DNA of 64,000 bases from Chthonobacter albigriseus. Its GTDB lineage: Bacteria > Pseudomonadota > Alphaproteobacteria > Rhizobiales > Pleomorphomonadaceae. The notes under the pieces are model-generated. The model was not told the origin of the DNA and ran no database searches. It was given only the letters and a program-made list of their open reading frames with translations. The position numbers were made by a program, and so were the translations under genes. This document shows positions 31,115 to 41,363 of the stretch, piece by piece (positions within the stretch are counted from its first letter, which is position 1; every line of letters starts with the position of its first letter). The stretch spans positions 860,658-924,657 of the forward strand of contig NZ_JACDIT010000001.1 in the NCBI RefSeq assembly GCF_013839445.1, written 5' to 3'.

Positions 31115-32887
31115 ATGGGCTGGATTATCGTCGGTTTCGTTCTCATCGTCGGCGGCATCGGCTACTTTCTGCGAGCCGGCGTGGGCGGGACGCAGGACCT
31201 GAAGGGTGCCGCGATGGCGCTCGGCAAGCGGCTGATCGGCCTAGGTGTTGCGGCCGTGGGCGTGATCATGGTGGCGAACACGTCGTTCGTGTTCGTGGCG
31301 GCCGACCAGGTGGGGCACCTGAAGCGGATCTACGGCTTCGAGGAACTGCCGCCCGGCCACGTGGTGGCACTGTCCGGCCAGAAGGGTCCGCAGGCGGCGG
31401 TGCTCGGGCCCGGCTTCCACTTCATTCCGTTCGTGCGCGTGCTCTACGACTACGAGGAGTTTCCGCTCGTCACGGTGCCGGAAGGCTTCTACGGGCAGAT
31501 CACCGCGCTGGACGGCGCGGCGATGCCGTCGGGCATGTTCATGGCGCCGGCGATCCCGGACGACCGGATCGACCAGATGATGGACGCGTCGGCGTTTCTT
31601 TCCACGGGCGGCTACCGGGGGCCACAGGAGACGGTGCTGAAGCCGGGCTCCTACCGGCTGAACCGATATCTGTTCGATGTGACCATCAACGAGGCGACCA
31701 CCGCGACGGTGGTGCCGGCCGGCCAGGTGGGCGTGGTCAAGTCCAACGTGGCGACGCCGGGGCTCGCCTGCCGCGAGGAGGTGGTGGCGGCGGAGGGCAG
31801 CCGGGACAGCGATTCGCTGTCGGTGCCGCTGGTGCCGCGCGGCTGCGTCGGCATCTGGAAGGAACCGCTGCTGCCGGGCGCCTACTACCTCAACCGGCGC
31901 GCCTACGAGGTGGAGCTGGTGGACACGCGGGTGCAGACCTGGGAGTTCAAGGGCGGCTACACCAAGCGGATCGTGGACCTTTCCGTGGACCAGCAGGGCA
32001 AGCTGCAGCAGGACACGCGGTCGGTGGTCGAGGAGGTTCCGAGCACGGCGGCAGACCGCGCGGTGTTTGTGAAGATCGAGGGCTGGGACATCCCGGTGGA
32101 ACTGCGCGTGCTGGTGCAGGTGGATCCCGCGGACGCACCGATCGTGGTGGGCTCGGTGGGCGGGCTAAAGGAGGTGGAGGACCGCATCCTGGTGCCGGCG
32201 ATCCGCTCGATCGTGCGCAACGTGGCGGGCTCCAACATCCGCGTTCCGGTGCGCGACGCGGACGGGACGCTGATTTCGCCGGCGCAGTTCGAGACGCGGC
32301 CGTCGCGGGTGCTGGACCTGATCGAGAACCGCGAGGCGCTTGAGCAGACCATCGAGACGATCATCCAGGTGGAAGGCCGCAAGGCGGGCGTGGACGTCCG
32401 CGAGATCCGGCTCGGCGAGCCGGCGATCCCGCCGGAGATCCTGATCACGCGGCTCCGCCAGCAGCTGGCGGACCAGTTGAGCAACGCCTACGCCCGCGAG
32501 ACCGCGGCGCAGAATGAGCGCATCAAGACCGAGCAGGCGCGGGCCACCGCCGACGAGCAACCGCGGCTGGTGGAAAGCCAGATCGCCGTGCAGGTCGCCC
32601 AGCAGCGCGAGCAGGAGCGCGAGGCGCTGGGCCGCGCCGAGCGCAAGTTCCTGGAGGAGCTGGCGAAAGGCCAGTCAGCCCAGGCCGGGGTGCTCGGCCA
32701 GGACCGCGTGGCGATGCTGCAGGCGCTCGAAAAGGTGCTGGCGACACTGGAGAAGCGGCCGGACATCATCCAGCTCGTCGGGCGGCTGGTGCCGCAGACG
32801 CTGGTGACCTCCGGCGGCGGGGGCGTGGAAGGCGCCGCCGCCGTGATCGGCCAGGCGATCCAGGAGGCAGTGCGCCCGCAGCCCTGA
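31115..32887 (+). CDS. SPFH/Band 7 (flotillin-like) membrane protein
   Basis: N-terminal TM helix, SPFH domain, then a long Ala/Glu/Gln-rich coiled-coil (flotillin-like) C-terminal half. Confidence 0.75.
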   Translation: MGWIIVGFVLIVGGIGYFLRAGVGGTQDLKGAAMALGKRLIGLGVAAVGVIMVANTSFVFVAADQVGHLKRIYGFEELPPGHVVALSGQKGPQAAVLGPGFHFIPFVRVLYDYEEFPLVTVPEGFYGQITALDGAAMPSGMFMAPAIPDDRIDQMMDASAFLSTGGYRGPQETVLKPGSYRLNRYLFDVTINEATTATVVPAGQVGVVKSNVATPGLACREEVVAAEGSRDSDSLSVPLVPRGCVGIWKEPLLPGAYYLNRRAYEVELVDTRVQTWEFKGGYTKRIVDLSVDQQGKLQQDTRSVVEEVPSTAADRAVFVKIEGWDIPVELRVLVQVDPADAPIVVGSVGGLKEVEDRILVPAIRSIVRNVAGSNIRVPVRDADGTLISPAQFETRPSRVLDLIENREALEQTIETIIQVEGRKAGVDVREIRLGEPAIPPEILITRLRQQLADQLSNAYARETAAQNERIKTEQARATADEQPRLVESQIAVQVAQQREQEREALGRAERKFLEELAKGQSAQAGVLGQDRVAMLQALEKVLATLEKRPDIIQLVGRLVPQTLVTSGGGGVEGAAAVIGQAIQEAVRPQP

Positions 32888-32896
32888 CGCCGAGCC

Positions 32897-33277
32897 TTAC
32901 ATCGCCGCGGGCGTCATCCAGCCGAGGACCGCGCCGACGGCGTCCTTGACGATGGCGATGCGGCCGACGCCGGGTACCTCCCAGGCGGGGCGCAGGACCG
33001 AGCCGCCGGCCGCCGCTACGCCGGCGAGCGCGTCGTCGAGATCGTCGACGTGGACGTAGGCGAACCAGTAGTTGGTCGGCATGCCGTTCTGGGCCGGCCA
33101 GTTCATGATGCCGCCGACGGGGCCCTCGACGCCCTCCTGGCGGATCAGCCAGTAGTTCCCCTCCGACATCGGCATGACGTCGAAGGTCCAGCCGAGCCGG
33201 TCGCCGTAGAAGGCCTTGGCCTTTTCCACGTCGTCGGTCATCAGCTCGTTCCAGTAGAAGGTTCCGTGCCCGGGCAT
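32897..33277 (-). CDS. VOC (glyoxalase/bleomycin-resistance fold) family protein
   Basis: ~126 aa from MPGHGTFYWNELMTDDVEKAKAFY, typical of the VOC fold. Confidence 0.7.
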   Translation of the reverse strand: MPGHGTFYWNELMTDDVEKAKAFYGDRLGWTFDVMPMSEGNYWLIRQEGVEGPVGGIMNWPAQNGMPTNYWFAYVHVDDLDDALAGVAAAGGSVLRPAWEVPGVGRIAIVKDAVGAVLGWMTPAAM

Positions 33278-33444
33278 GTCCGCCTCCCCGTCAGGTTGGA
33301 CGCTGGCAAGACTAGCACCGACGAGCGACGGATGCATGACCCGCTCAGCGCAGGACCAGCCGACAGCGCACTTCGCCGATCGGGGATCTGGACAAGCCGG
33401 GGCCGCTCGTGCCTCTTGTTGTGATCACAAATCGCAAGACGATC

Positions 33445-34803
33445 ATGCCGCATCCCGTTCCGAACGACCGTATCGAGCGCCTGCTTGCAGCCGAGCGCCA
33501 ACTCTACCGCGACCGCAACCCCGTTTCCGCCGGTCTGGCGGAGAAGGCTTCCCGGCACTTTCCGGGCGGCGTGCCGCTGCACTGGATGAAGGACTGGGGC
33601 ACGCCGTTCCCGCTTGCGGTGAAACGCGCTGCGGGCGCCGAGGTGACCGACGCGGACGGCCACGTGATGGCGGACTTCTGCCTGGGCGACACTGGCGCGA
33701 TGTTCGGCCATGCGCCGGGGCCGGTGGTGGACGCGATCACCGCCGCGGCGCCCCGGGGCCTGACCGCGATGATGCCGTCGGAAGATGCCGGCGCGGTGGG
33801 GGCGCTGCTGGCCGACATCTTCGCCCTGCCCTTCTGGCAGGTAACTCAAACCGCCTCGGACGCCAACCGGGCGGTGATCCGCTGGGCGCGGGCGATCACC
33901 GGGCGGGCGAAGATCCTGGTGTTCCAGGGCTGCTACCACGGGCAGGTGGACGACACCTTCGTGACGATCGGCGCGGACGGGCAGACGACCGTACGGCCGG
34001 GGCTGCTGGGACAGGCGGTCGACCTTGCGGCGACCAGCGTCTGCGTGCCGTTCAACGATATCGACGCGGCGCTCGCGGCGCTGGCGGGCGGCGACGTGGC
34101 GCTGGTGCTGACGGAGCCGGCGCTGACCAACACGGCGATGGTGCTGCCGAAGGAAGGGTACCTGGACGCGCTGGCGGCGGCCTGCCGGGCGGCGGGTACG
34201 CTCCTCTGCATCGACGAGACGCACACGATCTCCACGGCGCGCGGCGGCTACGCCAAGGCGCATGGGCTTGCGCCGGACTTCCTGGTGGTGGGCAAGCCGA
34301 TCGCCGGCGGGCTGCCGGCGGCGGTGTTCGGCTTCACCGACGCGATCGAGGCGCGGATGAGGGCGGTGGACGCTGAGCGGCCGGCCGGGTACTCCGGCAT
34401 CGGCACGACGCTGTCGGGCAACATGCTGCAGCTGGCCGCGATGCGCGCGACGCTGGAGGCGGTGATGACCGAGGCGGCCTATGTGCACATGCTGGCGCTC
34501 TCGACGGAGGTGGCGGACGGGCTGTCCGCGTCGATCGCTGCGTACGGGCTGCCGTGGTCGGTGACGCGGCTCGGGGCGCGGGCGGAGATCGTCCACTCGC
34601 CGACACCGCTGACGGACGGTGCACACGCCTACCGGACCGTCGACCACGACCTTGAAGGGGCGATCCACCTCTTTCTTCTCAACCGCGACGTGATCGTCAC
34701 GCCGTTCCACAACATGACGCTCGTCTCGCCCGCCACCACGCCGGACCACGTGGCCCGGCTGGTGACGGCCTTCGACCAGGCGCTCGACGCGCTCTCCGGG
34801 TGA
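33445..34803 (+). CDS. Class III (PLP-dependent) aminotransferase, GSA-aminomutase-like
   Basis: Fold type I class III aminotransferase features including the conserved PLP-Lys context (FLVVGKPIAGGLP). Confidence 0.75.
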   Translation: MPHPVPNDRIERLLAAERQLYRDRNPVSAGLAEKASRHFPGGVPLHWMKDWGTPFPLAVKRAAGAEVTDADGHVMADFCLGDTGAMFGHAPGPVVDAITAAAPRGLTAMMPSEDAGAVGALLADIFALPFWQVTQTASDANRAVIRWARAITGRAKILVFQGCYHGQVDDTFVTIGADGQTTVRPGLLGQAVDLAATSVCVPFNDIDAALAALAGGDVALVLTEPALTNTAMVLPKEGYLDALAAACRAAGTLLCIDETHTISTARGGYAKAHGLAPDFLVVGKPIAGGLPAAVFGFTDAIEARMRAVDAERPAGYSGIGTTLSGNMLQLAAMRATLEAVMTEAAYVHMLALSTEVADGLSASIAAYGLPWSVTRLGARAEIVHSPTPLTDGAHAYRTVDHDLEGAIHLFLLNRDVIVTPFHNMTLVSPATTPDHVARLVTAFDQALDALSG

Positions 34804-34809
34804 TCCGAA

Positions 34810-36186
34810 TTGACCGACAACAGCTTCATCGCCGACCTCTCCGAAGCCGAGGATTTCCTCAAGGCCAACCCTGACGTGGTGCAGTTCGAGACCTTCCTGA
34901 CGGACTCGTCCGGGGTGCAGCGGGGCAAGATCCTGCGCCGTTCGGAGCTTCCCGGCGCCTACAAGCACGGGCGGCCCCTGCCCTGCTCCATCCTGTCGCT
35001 CGACATCAAGGGCGCCGACGTGGAGGAGACGGGGCTGGTCTGGGACGAAGGCGACAGCGACCGGATGTGCCGGCCGGTGAAGGGCACGCTGACCCGCGCA
35101 CCGTGGAAGGCGACGCCGACCGGGCAGTTCATCCTGACCTCCTACGAGAAGGACGGGTCGGGGTCGCTGGCCGATCCGCGGCACGCGCTGGCGCGGGTGG
35201 TGGCGGACTGCCACGCGGCGGGACTCTACCCGGCTGCGGCGGTGGAGCTGGAGTTCTACCTCCTCGACGGCAAGGCGGCCGCGGAGGGTCGGGCCGTGCC
35301 GCCGACGGCGCCGAACGGCTTCGCGCAGAGCGAGTTCCAGGCGTACCTGCTGCAGGACCTTTCCGACTTCGCGCCGTTCCTCGACGACGTCTACCGGGCG
35401 GCGGACGGGGCGGGGCTACCGGCGCGCACGCTGATCTCGGAGTATTCGCCGGGACAGTTGGAGATCGTGCTGGAGCACCGGACGGATCCGCTCAGGGCCT
35501 GCGACGACGCGATCCTCTGGAAGCGGCTGGTGAAGGGCGTGGCGGAAAAGCACGGCTACGCCGCGACCTTCATGGCCAAGCCCTTCGCGGAGTTCGCCGG
35601 GTCGGGCACGCACCTCCACGTCAGCTTCTGCGATGCGGACGGCCGGAACCTCTTCGCCGGGGAAGAGCCGGACGGCAACCTGCTGCTCCGCCACGCAATT
35701 GCCGGGCTGGAGGCGACGATGGCGGAATCGATGGCCATGTTCGCGCCGAACGCCAACAGCTACCGCCGGTTCAAGCCGAACTCCTACGCGCCGGTGGGGC
35801 CGGCCTGGGCCATCGACAACCGCTCGGTGCCGATCCGCGTGACCGCCGGCCCGCCGCAGACGCGGCACTTGGAACACCGGGTGTGCGGGGCGGACGCCAA
35901 TCCCTATGTGGCGATGGCGACGGTGCTCGCCGGCATGCTGGAAGGGGTGGAGCAGAAGCTGGAGCCCTCCAAGCCGATCGTCGGCAACGGCTACGCGCAG
36001 ATCGCGCCGAGCCTGCCGCGGTTCTGGCCGGACGCGCTGCGGCGCGCGCGGGCGTCGGAGTTCCTGAAGCGGCGGCTCGGGGAGCGCTACGCCGACGTGT
36101 TCCTCACCATCAAGGAGGCGGAATGCGACCGCTTTTTCGCCGAGGTGAGCGACCGCGACTTCCACTGGTATCTCAGGCTGGCCTGA
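34810..36186 (+). CDS. Glutamine synthetase family protein (GlnA type III-like / gamma-glutamyl-amine synthetase PuuA-like), TTG start
   Basis: GS catalytic-domain motifs (GSGTHLHVSF; NPYVAMATVLAGMLEGV). TTG start overlaps/abuts the upstream aminotransferase stop. Confidence 0.75.
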   Translation: MTDNSFIADLSEAEDFLKANPDVVQFETFLTDSSGVQRGKILRRSELPGAYKHGRPLPCSILSLDIKGADVEETGLVWDEGDSDRMCRPVKGTLTRAPWKATPTGQFILTSYEKDGSGSLADPRHALARVVADCHAAGLYPAAAVELEFYLLDGKAAAEGRAVPPTAPNGFAQSEFQAYLLQDLSDFAPFLDDVYRAADGAGLPARTLISEYSPGQLEIVLEHRTDPLRACDDAILWKRLVKGVAEKHGYAATFMAKPFAEFAGSGTHLHVSFCDADGRNLFAGEEPDGNLLLRHAIAGLEATMAESMAMFAPNANSYRRFKPNSYAPVGPAWAIDNRSVPIRVTAGPPQTRHLEHRVCGADANPYVAMATVLAGMLEGVEQKLEPSKPIVGNGYAQIAPSLPRFWPDALRRARASEFLKRRLGERYADVFLTIKEAECDRFFAEVSDRDFHWYLRLA

Positions 36187-36193
36187 TCGCCCC

Positions 36194-36799
36194 TCAGAAA
36201 GGCGTGCGGGAGCGGATGGCGGCGGCGAGGGTGCCCTCGTCCAGATAGTCCAGCTCGCCGCCGACGGGCACGCCGTGGGCGAGCCGCGAGACCCTGACGT
36301 CGAGGCCCTGCAGGCGGTCGGTGACGTAGTGGGCGGTGGTCTGGCCGTCGACCGTGGCGTTGACGGCGAGGATGACCTCGCGGACGGCCGGGTCGCGGGC
36401 GCGCTCGATCAGGCCGGCGATCGTCAGGTCGTCCGGGCCGATGCCGTTGAGCGGGGAGAGCACGCCGCCGAGCACGTGGTAACGGGCGTCGATGGCGCCG
36501 GCGCGCTCCAGGGCCCAGAGGTCGGACACGTCCTCCACCACAACGATGACGGAGGCGTCGCGACGCGGGTCGGTGCAGACGATACACGGGTCCGCCGTGT
36601 CGACGTTGCCGCAGACGGAGCAGACCTTCACGGTGTCGCGGACGCGAACGAGCGCCTCGGCAAGCGGCTCCAGCAGCTGGTCCTTCTTCTTGACGAGCTG
36701 CAACGCCGCGCGCCGGGCCGACCGCGGCCCGAGGCCGGGAAGGCGGGCGAGCAGCTGGATGAGGCGTTCGATCTCGGGTCCGGTGACGCGGCGCGACAT
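36194..36799 (-). CDS. recR: Recombination protein RecR
   Basis: HhH N-terminus ([20 protein letters not shown]), C4 zinc finger (CSVCGNV…CIVC), Toprim domain. Confidence 0.95.
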   Translation of the reverse strand: MSRRVTGPEIERLIQLLARLPGLGPRSARRAALQLVKKKDQLLEPLAEALVRVRDTVKVCSVCGNVDTADPCIVCTDPRRDASVIVVVEDVSDLWALERAGAIDARYHVLGGVLSPLNGIGPDDLTIAGLIERARDPAVREVILAVNATVDGQTTAHYVTDRLQGLDVRVSRLAHGVPVGGELDYLDEGTLAAAIRSRTPF

Positions 36800-36853
36800 G
36801 GGATGGGGACTGGCCTCAACGGTTCGCGCCGGGGGCGGGCGCGGGGCGCCCGG

Positions 36854-37180
36854 TCAGAAGGGGAGCTTCAGGCCCGCCGGCAGGTTGAGGCCGCCGGTGA
36901 CGGCCTGCATGCGCTCGGCGACCGCCGTCTCCAGCTTGACGCGTGCATCGGCGTGGGCGGCGAGGATCAGGTCCTCCAGGATCTCCGCCTCGTCCTCCTT
37001 GAGGAGCGACGGGTCGATCTTGATACCGCGCAGGTCGCCCTTGCCGGAGAGCGCGACGGTGACGAGGCCGGCGCCGGATGCGCCGGTGATCTCCAGCCGG
37101 GCGATCTCGTCCTGCGCCGCGGCCATGCGGCCCTGCAGCTCCTGCGCCTGCTTCATCATCTTGCCGAGGTCGCCGAACAT
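36854..37180 (-). CDS. ybaB: Nucleoid-associated protein YbaB/EbfC
   Basis: [33 protein letters not shown]… canonical YbaB. Confidence 0.92.
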   Translation of the reverse strand: MFGDLGKMMKQAQELQGRMAAAQDEIARLEITGASGAGLVTVALSGKGDLRGIKIDPSLLKEDEAEILEDLILAAHADARVKLETAVAERMQAVTGGLNLPAGLKLPF

Positions 37181-37196
37181 GGGGGTGCTCCTTCAG

Positions 37197-39041
37197 TCAG
37201 TCGTCGTCGAAATCGGACGGCACCCAGTCGGGTTCGAGCCAGTCCGCGGAGGGGTCGAGGGGGTAGTCGCCGGAGGGCGGCAGATCGCCGGTCGCGTCGG
37301 CGGTCATCGGGAGGGCGGGATCGCCGGGCATGCGGACGTCGACGATCTCGGCGCCGGGGAAGCGGCGGAGAATGGCGGAGACCACCGGGTCGGCGCGGGC
37401 GTCGTCGACCAGCGTGCGGCGCGCCGCGTCGCGGCGGGCCTGGACGGTTTCCTCGCCGGCGTCGCGAGAGACGGCGACGATCCAGCGGCGGCCGGTCCAC
37501 TGGGTGAGCTTGCGGCCAAGGTCGCCGGCGAGCGTGGGGCTGGCCGTCGGCGCCGGGTTGAACTCGATGCGGCCATCCTCGAAGCGGACGAGGTGGACGT
37601 CGCGTTCGAGCGCGATCTTCAGGCCGATCTCGCGGCGTTCGGCACAGAGGCCGATGACGTCCGCGAAGGAGGCGAGCGCCATGGTGGGCGCTTCGGCGGG
37701 CTGCTGCTGGGCCCGGGGGGCTTCGGTGCGGACAGGCCGGTCGAAACCGCCGCCGCGGGCGGCTCCTTGCGCGCCGCCGCTACCGCCGCCGCTTCCGCCG
37801 CCGGATGGGCCGGGTGCGGGCGCGCCGCTGCCGCCGATGCCTTCGCGGAGCTGGCGGAGCGCCTCGTCGGGGGTGGGCAAGTCGGCGGCGTAGGCGAGGC
37901 GGACGAGGACCATCTCGGCGGCCGGAAGCGCGCGCGGGGCGGCCTGGACCTCGGCGATGCCCTTGAGGAGGATTTGCCAGGCGCGGCTGAGGACGCGGAC
38001 GGAGAGGGCGTCGGCGAAGGCGCGGCCGCGGACCCGCTCGCCCTCGGTGAGGGCGGGATCCTCGCTCATCGCCGGCACATGCTTGAGGCGGGTGACGAGG
38101 TGGACGAAGGCGGCGAGGTCGGAGAGCACGACGGCCGGATCGGCGCCGGTGTCGTACTGGTCCGACAGTTCGGCGAGCGCGGCGGCGACGTCGCCCTTCA
38201 TGATAGATTCGAAAAGGTCGATGACGCGCCCGCGGTCGGCAAGGCCGAGCATGGAGCGGACGCTCTCGGCAGTGACGGCGCCGTCGCCGTAGGCGATCGC
38301 CTGGTCCAGGATGGTGAGGGCGTCGCGGGCGGAGCCCTCCGCGGCGCGGGCGACGAGAGCGATCGCTTCGGGCTCGACCTCGACCTTCTCGGCCTCGGCG
38401 ATGTGCTTCAGGTGGGCGCCGAGCAGGCCGGTGTCGATGCGGCGCAGATCGAAGCGCTGGCAGCGCGACAGCACCGTGATCGGCACCTTGCGGATCTCGG
38501 TGGTGGCGAAGACGAACTTCACGTGCTCCGGCGGCTCCTCCAGCGTCTTCAGGAGGGCGTTGAACGCCTGGGTGGAGAGCATGTGCACTTCGTCGATGAT
38601 GTAGACCTTGTAGCGGGCGGTCGCCGGCTTGTAGCGGGCCGCCTCGATGATCTCGCGTACGTCGCCGACGCCGGTGTGGGAGGCGGCGTCCATCTCGATG
38701 ACGTCGACGTGCCGGCCTTCCATGATGGCGCGGCAGTGGACGCCCTCCTCGCGGAGGTCGACGGTGGGGCGTTCCACCTTGCCGGGGAGCTCGTAGTTGA
38801 GGGCGCGGGCGAGGATGCGGGCGGTGGTGGTCTTGCCCACGCCGCGGACGCCGGTGAGCATCCAGCCCTGGGCGATGCGGCCGCTCTCGAAGGCGTTGGA
38901 GAGCGTGCGAACCATGGCGCCATGGCCGATCAGGTCGTCGAAGGAAGATGGCCTGTACTTGCGGGCGAGCACGCGATAGGGGCTGCCGGGCGCGGGCGCT
39001 TCGGCGGGCAACAGGGCCGGGGTTTCGGAAATGTCGTCCAT
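37197..39041 (-). CDS. dnaX: DNA polymerase III subunits gamma/tau
   Basis: 615 aa from MDDISETPALL; Walker A GVRGVGKTT, clamp-loader SRC motif, Pro/Gly-rich tau linker and C-terminal tau domains. The 84 upstream codons in the ORF overlap the SRP RNA and are non-coding. Confidence 0.93.
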   Translation of the reverse strand: MDDISETPALLPAEAPAPGSPYRVLARKYRPSSFDDLIGHGAMVRTLSNAFESGRIAQGWMLTGVRGVGKTTTARILARALNYELPGKVERPTVDLREEGVHCRAIMEGRHVDVIEMDAASHTGVGDVREIIEAARYKPATARYKVYIIDEVHMLSTQAFNALLKTLEEPPEHVKFVFATTEIRKVPITVLSRCQRFDLRRIDTGLLGAHLKHIAEAEKVEVEPEAIALVARAAEGSARDALTILDQAIAYGDGAVTAESVRSMLGLADRGRVIDLFESIMKGDVAAALAELSDQYDTGADPAVVLSDLAAFVHLVTRLKHVPAMSEDPALTEGERVRGRAFADALSVRVLSRAWQILLKGIAEVQAAPRALPAAEMVLVRLAYAADLPTPDEALRQLREGIGGSGAPAPGPSGGGSGGGSGGAQGAARGGGFDRPVRTEAPRAQQQPAEAPTMALASFADVIGLCAERREIGLKIALERDVHLVRFEDGRIEFNPAPTASPTLAGDLGRKLTQWTGRRWIVAVSRDAGEETVQARRDAARRTLVDDARADPVVSAILRRFPGAEIVDVRMPGDPALPMTADATGDLPPSGDYPLDPSADWLEPDWVPSDFDDD

Positions 39042-39140
39042 CGTCCTCGTCCGCCGCTCGCCCCGTTCGTCAGGCCGGCGCTCCGGGACCCGCTTCGGCG
39101 CCGGTGCATCATCCGCGGAGCTCAGGGAGTGACGGACCCG

Positions 39141-39250
39141 GAGAAAAGGGTGGGAGGCCGACGAGTGACCCGAGCCGAAGCTCGTTGGGGCTGCTTCCTT
39201 CCGGACCTGACCCGGTTGGCGAGTGGCACGTCCACCGCCAACCTCCCGGC
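39141..39250 (-). ncRNA. ffs: Signal recognition particle RNA (4.5S/ffs, small bacterial type)
   Basis: Minus strand contains GGUCAGGUCCGGAAGGAAGCAGCC, identical to the E. coli 4.5S domain IV core. 5' GGGAGG pairs with 3' CCUCCC and it ends CACCCUUUUCUC. Sits ~100 nt upstream of dnaX as in the conserved ffs-dnaX-ybaB-recR cluster. Confidence 0.85.
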
Positions 39251-39383
39251 GACACATATCGCGGCTCGGCGGCCAAAACGCAAGAGCGGCCATGGCGCGA
39301 CCACAAGGGACCTCGCCAGCAAGCCGGCCACCATGAAATTTTCGTCATTGTGGCGGAGGTCCCTGTTTCGGCGCCTTTGTCGG

Positions 39384-41363
39384 GCTAGGTTCATGACGAG
39401 AACGGAACAGGTGCGGCCCAGGCGGGGTTTGCAAACCCTTGCGGTTGATGGAAACCTGTCGGCTGCTGTCATTCCTCTGGAGGGTAGATTGACGATCGTC
39501 CGGTCCGGGTTCTTGTCTCGCCTTGCCGCCGCGGTCGCGGTGGCCGTGTCGCTCGCCGCCCCGCCCGCGCTGGCGCAAGCCGATCCGCCCTGGCGGCATG
39601 CGACGGCACTGACCGGCGATCCGCGCCACCCGGCGGACTTCAAGCACTTCGACTACGTGAACCCGGACGCGCCGAAGGGCGGGCGGGTGCGGCTGGGCGT
39701 GCAGGGCGGATTCGACAGCACGAACGTCCACCTCGGACTGAAGGGCGAACCAGCTCCGGGCGTCGGGCTCGTCTACGAGACGTTGATGACCTCGTCGCTC
39801 GACGAACTCGACATCTCGTCGATGTATGGCCTGCTGGCGGACGGCCTGAAGTATCCGGACGACTATTCCTGGGTGATCTACCGGCTGAACCCGAACGCCC
39901 GCTGGCAGGACGGCCAGCCGGTGACGCCGGAGGACGTGATCTGGAGCATGGAGACGCTGAAGGAGATCAATCCCAACGACGGGTTCTACTTCAGCCACGT
40001 GACGAAGGCGGAGAAGGTGGGCGAGCGGGAGGTGAAATTCACCTTCGATGCGCCCGGCAACCGCGAACTGCCGCATATCGTGGGGCAGCTGACCGTGCTG
40101 CCGAAGCACTGGTGGGAAGGCACCGACGCCAGCGGCCAGAAGCGCAACATCCGCAACACCACGCTGGAATTCCCCATGGGATCGGGGCCCTACAAGGTGA
40201 AAGCGATCGACCCCGGCCGGCGGGTGGTGATGGAGCGTGATCCCAACCACTGGGGCAAGGACCTGCCGACCCAGGTCGGCCAGAACAATTTCGACGAGAT
40301 CATCTACGAGACCTACAAGGATGCGGTTGTGCTCTTGGAGGCGTTCAAGGGCGACCGGTTCGATTTCCGGGTGGAGAACTCGGCCAAGAACTGGGCGACG
40401 GGCTACGACTTTCCGGCCAAGAACGATGGCCGGGTGGTTCTGGCCACCTATCCGGACAAGGCGTCCGGCGTGATGCAGGCCTTCGTGCCGAACCTTCGCC
40501 GGGAGAAGTTCAAGGACACCAAGGTGCGGCAGGCCCTGAACCTGGCGTTCGACTACGAATCGCTGAACCGCACCGTGTTCTTCGGGCAGTACAAGCGCGT
40601 GGCGAGCTTCTTCGAAAACACCGAGCTGGCGGCGCGCGGCTTGCCCTCGCCGGAGGAGCTGGCGATCCTGGAGCCGCTGAAGGACCAGGTCCCGCCGGCG
40701 GTGTTCACCACGCCCTACGAGAACCCGGTGAACGGCTCTCCAGAGAAGCTCCGGGAAAACCTGCGCACGGCGGTGAAGCTTCTGGGCGAAGCAGGCTGGA
40801 CCTTCAAGGGCAGCCAGCTGGTGAACGCCAAGGGCGAGCCATTCACGATCGAGTACCTCACCCAGTCGCAGAACGACGAGCGCTTCGTCACGCCCTATGC
40901 CCAGGTGTTGAAGCGGATCGGCATCACCATGACCGTGCGGATCGTGGAGTCCGCGCAGTTCGTGAACCGCGTGCGCGATTTCGACTACGACATGATCATG
41001 GTGCCCTGGGGCCAGTCGCTTTCGCCAGGCAACGAGCAGCGTCGATACTGGGGCTCCAAGGCGGCGGACACGCCGGACTCCCAGAACTATGCGGGCATCA
41101 AGGACCCGGCGGTGGACGCCCTGATCGAACGGGTGATCTTCGCTAAGGATCGGGCGGACCTGGTGGCGGCGACCAAAGCACTGGACCGGGTGCTCTTAGC
41201 CAACCACTTCGTGATCCCGCAGTGGACGCTGGACTACGACCGCTACGCCTACTGGAACCGCTTCTCGCATCCGGAAAAGCTGCCGGAATACTCGTTCGGC
41301 TTCCCGACCGTGTGGTGGTGGGACGCGGAGAAGGCCAAGGCGACAGGCGGAGGGGCCAACTGA
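39384..41363 (+). CDS. yejA: ABC transporter substrate-binding protein, family 5 (YejA-like peptide/microcin C binding protein), copy 1
   Basis: SBP_bac_5 features throughout; signal peptide …LAAAVAVAVSLAAPPALA. Alternative TTG start at 39489 with GGAGGG SD gives a cleaner 27-aa signal peptide. Carried inside the artefactual 1623-aa six-frame ORF. Confidence 0.8.
   Translation, partial: ARFMTRTEQVRPRRGLQTLAVDGNLSAAVIPLEGRLTIVRSGFLSRLAAAVAVAVSLAAPPALAQADPPWRHATALTGDPRHPADFKHFDYVNPDAPKGGRVRLGVQGGFDSTNVHLGLKGEPAPGVGLVYETLMTSSLDELDISSMYGLLADGLKYPDDYSWVIYRLNPNARWQDGQPVTPEDVIWSMETLKEINPNDGFYFSHVTKAEKVGEREVKFTFDAPGNRELPHIVGQLTVLPKHWWEGTDASGQKRNIRNTTLEFPMGSGPYKVKAIDPGRRVVMERDPNHWGKDLPTQVGQNNFDEIIYETYKDAVVLLEAFKGDRFDFRVENSAKNWATGYDFPAKNDGRVVLATYPDKASGVMQAFVPNLRREKFKDTKVRQALNLAFDYESLNRTVFFGQYKRVASFFENTELAARGLPSPEELAILEPLKDQVPPAVFTTPYENPVNGSPEKLRENLRTAVKLLGEAGWTFKGSQLVNAKGEPFTIEYLTQSQNDERFVTPYAQVLKRIGITMTVRIVESAQFVNRVRDFDYDMIMVPWGQSLSPGNEQRRYWGSKAADTPDSQNYAGIKDPAVDALIERVIFAKDRADLVAATKALDRVLLANHFVIPQWTLDYDRYAYWNRFSHPEKLPEYSFGFPTVWWWDAEKAKATGGGAN

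Noticed and set aside
36492-41363. 1623-aa plus-strand ORF
   Set aside because: Only its last ~660 codons (YejA) are real. The first 2.9 kb is antisense to recR-ybaB-dnaX and crosses the SRP RNA. It is an open frame due to high GC with no protein-like composition (Arg/Ala/Gly runs).
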